From assembly GCA_964634515.1 (NCBI GenBank), contig CAZWME010000001.1, positions 1 to 26,144 of the forward strand: a DNA stretch of 26,144 nucleotides, written 5' to 3'. Position numbers and translations under genes: made by a program. The notes under the pieces were generated by a model, which did no database searches, was not told the origin of the DNA, and worked only from the letters and a program-made list of their open reading frames with translations. Of the stretch, positions 24,418 to 26,144 are shown piece by piece. Source of the stretch: an uncultured Pirellulales bacterium (lineage in GTDB: Bacteria; Planctomycetota; Phycisphaerae; Sedimentisphaerales; Anaerobacaceae). Position 1 is the first letter of the stretch, and every line of letters starts with the position of its first letter.

Positions 24418-25479
24418 CTAAGCATGTCGCCAGCCTTGTTCCAGCCAGGCATACTCCTTCTCCACGATATCAGCGGCTGCTATTTTCTTGATTCTTTGGC
24501 GTCGGCCCGGAGAGAGCTTTGTCCACGAGGCGCTTAGGTTTTCCCGGACCTGCTCTATAGTGTGAACTCCGCATGTACAGATATCAACCAGCTTGTTCTC
24601 CAGAACGAAGGCAATCAAGTCGCGAGGCAGGCCGGCGTCGGCGCCTTTGAGATCGCGCCCTTTCAAAAGAGCGCCGCGGACGAAGGGCTTGATGGTAATC
24701 ACACCTAAACCCTTTTTCTTCGCGGCCGGCAGCACCTTTTCAGCAGCGCGGTGTCGTACATTGTAGGGTATAGAACAAATGTCAAAATAGTCGCCATACT
24801 TATCGAACGCCTCCAGGAACAGTTCGGGTGTGAAGTGGCAGCCGAATCCGGTAAAGCGAATCTTCCCTTGTTGTTTTAGTTTGTCAAGAGCTTCAATCGA
24901 GTAGGACATGTCCCAATAGCCGCTCTGAGGTGTGTCGTTCTCGGTATTGCACAGAAGACAAAGGTCAATATAGTCGGTTTGCCAAAGCTTCAGTCTGTCT
25001 TCTGTCCACTTGTATATCTCCTGCATGTCGCCTTTGACGCCTTTCATTTTGTGAGATACACGTATCGAAACAATGAACCGGTCACGTGCTTTGAGTCTTT
25101 TGAGCGCCTCGCCGGGGACACCGGATTCTTCCAGCGCTGTGCAGGAATCGAGAAAATTCACTCCCATGTCCATACTCGCGCCAATCATTCGGACTGCCTC
25201 ATCGACAGTAGGCCTGCGATATCCTCCCTGTCCGTCCGGGACCTGTTTGTACGCCCAACTGTGTCCTCCAATTCCGATTTCGGAAACGCGCAGGCCGGTT
25301 TTACCCAGCACGCGATATTTTACTTTGCGTCCGGCTGTTGTCTGTTCCGTCGCCGAGTAAACATTGTCAAGCAGTGGTGCCCCCATACCTGCCGCTGCCG
25401 CGCCAAATCCGAATTGTTTCAGAAATTCCCTGCGCGTCGAGCTGATTTCACTTTTCTGTTTAGAAATGTGTTTTGCCAT
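24418..25479 (-). CDS. Tat-exported aldo/keto reductase-fold protein with a non-canonical active site
   Basis: 353 aa. STRREFLK Tat motif, YRVLGKTGLRVSEIGIGG, GVNFLD, TDYIDL, LKQQGKIRF-x-G, PYN and GVITIKPF. Confidence 0.88.
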   Translation of the reverse strand: MAKHISKQKSEISSTRREFLKQFGFGAAAAGMGAPLLDNVYSATEQTTAGRKVKYRVLGKTGLRVSEIGIGGHSWAYKQVPDGQGGYRRPTVDEAVRMIGASMDMGVNFLDSCTALEESGVPGEALKRLKARDRFIVSIRVSHKMKGVKGDMQEIYKWTEDRLKLWQTDYIDLCLLCNTENDTPQSGYWDMSYSIEALDKLKQQGKIRFTGFGCHFTPELFLEAFDKYGDYFDICSIPYNVRHRAAEKVLPAAKKKGLGVITIKPFVRGALLKGRDLKGADAGLPRDLIAFVLENKLVDICTCGVHTIEQVRENLSASWTKLSPGRRQRIKKIAAADIVEKEYAWLEQGWRHA

Positions 25480-25651
25480 TTTATATGTCCTCTCAAAATT
25501 ATGACAATATTGTACTCTATTTCCATCTAATCCGAAAGAAAAAGCAACAAAAGAGCGTCTTTGTATGTTATATTTATCGGCAGAACAAATTTCGGAAACT
25601 TTAAATATAGCTGTAGCGGTTAAAAGAAAATTCTACGAGAAAGGACACAGG

Positions 25652-26144
25652 ATGATGAAAAATGACAGACTTTTAATGAGCAGGAAATTTTCAGTTTCTT
25701 TTTTATACCTGATACTTACAGTTGGCAGCGTAGGTTACACAAAAACTGTTTTCAGGGCTATCGAGATATTTCCTCTCGTTAACCAGCACGTACACGGCTC
25801 GACGGTAGTTGAGCTGCCGAATGGGGATATTCTCGCGGCTTGGTTCCAGGGCTCCGGTGAACGATGGGCGGATGACGTAGCAATCATGGGGGCGCGCCTA
25901 AAAGCCGGCAACCAAAACTGGAGCGAGCCTTTCGTGATGGCGGATGTCCCCGAATTCCCGGATATTAATCCGATTCTTTTTCTCGATTCTCGCGGCCGGC
26001 TTTGGCTGATGTGGTACACCGTCATAGCAAATCAGTGGGAGACTTCCCTGCCAAAAGACCGAATCAGTGAAGACTATACCAGGCAGGATGGCCCGCCAAA
26101 ATGGTCATGGCAGGAGGTTCTGCATGTCAAACCCGGGGATTCTT
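25652..26144 (+). CDS. BNR-repeat / exo-alpha-sialidase family protein (N-terminal part; runs off the window end)
   Basis: Not in the ORF track. The frame is open from ATG 25652 (SD AAAGGA) to the window end and reads MMKNDRLLMSRKFSVSFLYLILTVGSVGYT...EIFPLVNQHVHGSTVVELPNGDILAAWFQGSGERWADDVAIMGARL...WSEPFVMADVPEFPDINPILF...LWLMWY, with a hydrophobic leader. Confidence 0.85.
   Translation, partial: MMKNDRLLMSRKFSVSFLYLILTVGSVGYTKTVFRAIEIFPLVNQHVHGSTVVELPNGDILAAWFQGSGERWADDVAIMGARLKAGNQNWSEPFVMADVPEFPDINPILFLDSRGRLWLMWYTVIANQWETSLPKDRISEDYTRQDGPPKWSWQEVLHVKPGDS

Noticed and set aside
24322-24537. 71-aa plus-strand ORF
   Set aside because: It is antisense to the 3' end of the AKR gene and partly AT-rich intergenic DNA, with no coding evidence.
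25735-26025. 96-aa minus-strand ORF
   Set aside because: It is a shadow of the plus-strand BNR/sialidase-like gene starting at 25652.
1-26144. CRISPR arrays, tRNA/rRNA genes, transposases, prophage genes and frameshifted pseudogenes; the remaining short nested ORFs in the track
   Set aside because: I saw no regularly spaced repeats, cloverleaf patterns or relevant protein motifs. The long ORFs look complete, and the nested short ORFs are shadows of the main genes.

Overview
A 26-kb bacterial chromosomal segment with 17 supported protein-coding genes, two of them cut by the window edges and absent from the supplied ORF track. I found no rRNA, tRNA, CRISPR array or transposase. The gene content includes a LamG protein with three YYWR-x-DE/WSF repeat modules, a Tat sulfatase, a URO-D-like protein, a DUF5703 GH95-like hydrolase, DUF1593, a BNR/sialidase-like protein, an Fe-ADH and a rubrerythrin-like protein. 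This points to an anaerobic, polysaccharide-degrading Planctomycetota of the Phycisphaerae/Sedimentisphaerales type (inference). The best candidate for an undescribed system is a tightly coupled three-gene operon at 7780-12242 (minus strand). It encodes (1) a Ddl-like but non-canonical ATP-grasp ligase fused to an M20 peptidase domain that lacks 4 of 5 metal ligands, (2) a cytoplasmic GGT-family Ntn hydrolase with a remodelled gamma-glutamyl pocket, and (3) an N-formylglutamate-amidohydrolase-family enzyme with no hut genes nearby. Together these suggest synthesis and turnover of an unknown amide or peptide metabolite. Other notable items are a pyruvoyl arginine decarboxylase-agmatinase-DHS-like (SpeY-type) polyamine cluster interrupted by a ~177-bp MITE-like element, a Tat-exported aldo/keto reductase with its catalytic tetrad replaced and Cys/His at the barrel mouth, a Bacteroidota-style DAHP synthase-chorismate mutase fusion, and a structured leader with a 16-codon uORF ahead of the LamG gene. 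All family calls come from motif recognition by eye; no database search was run.
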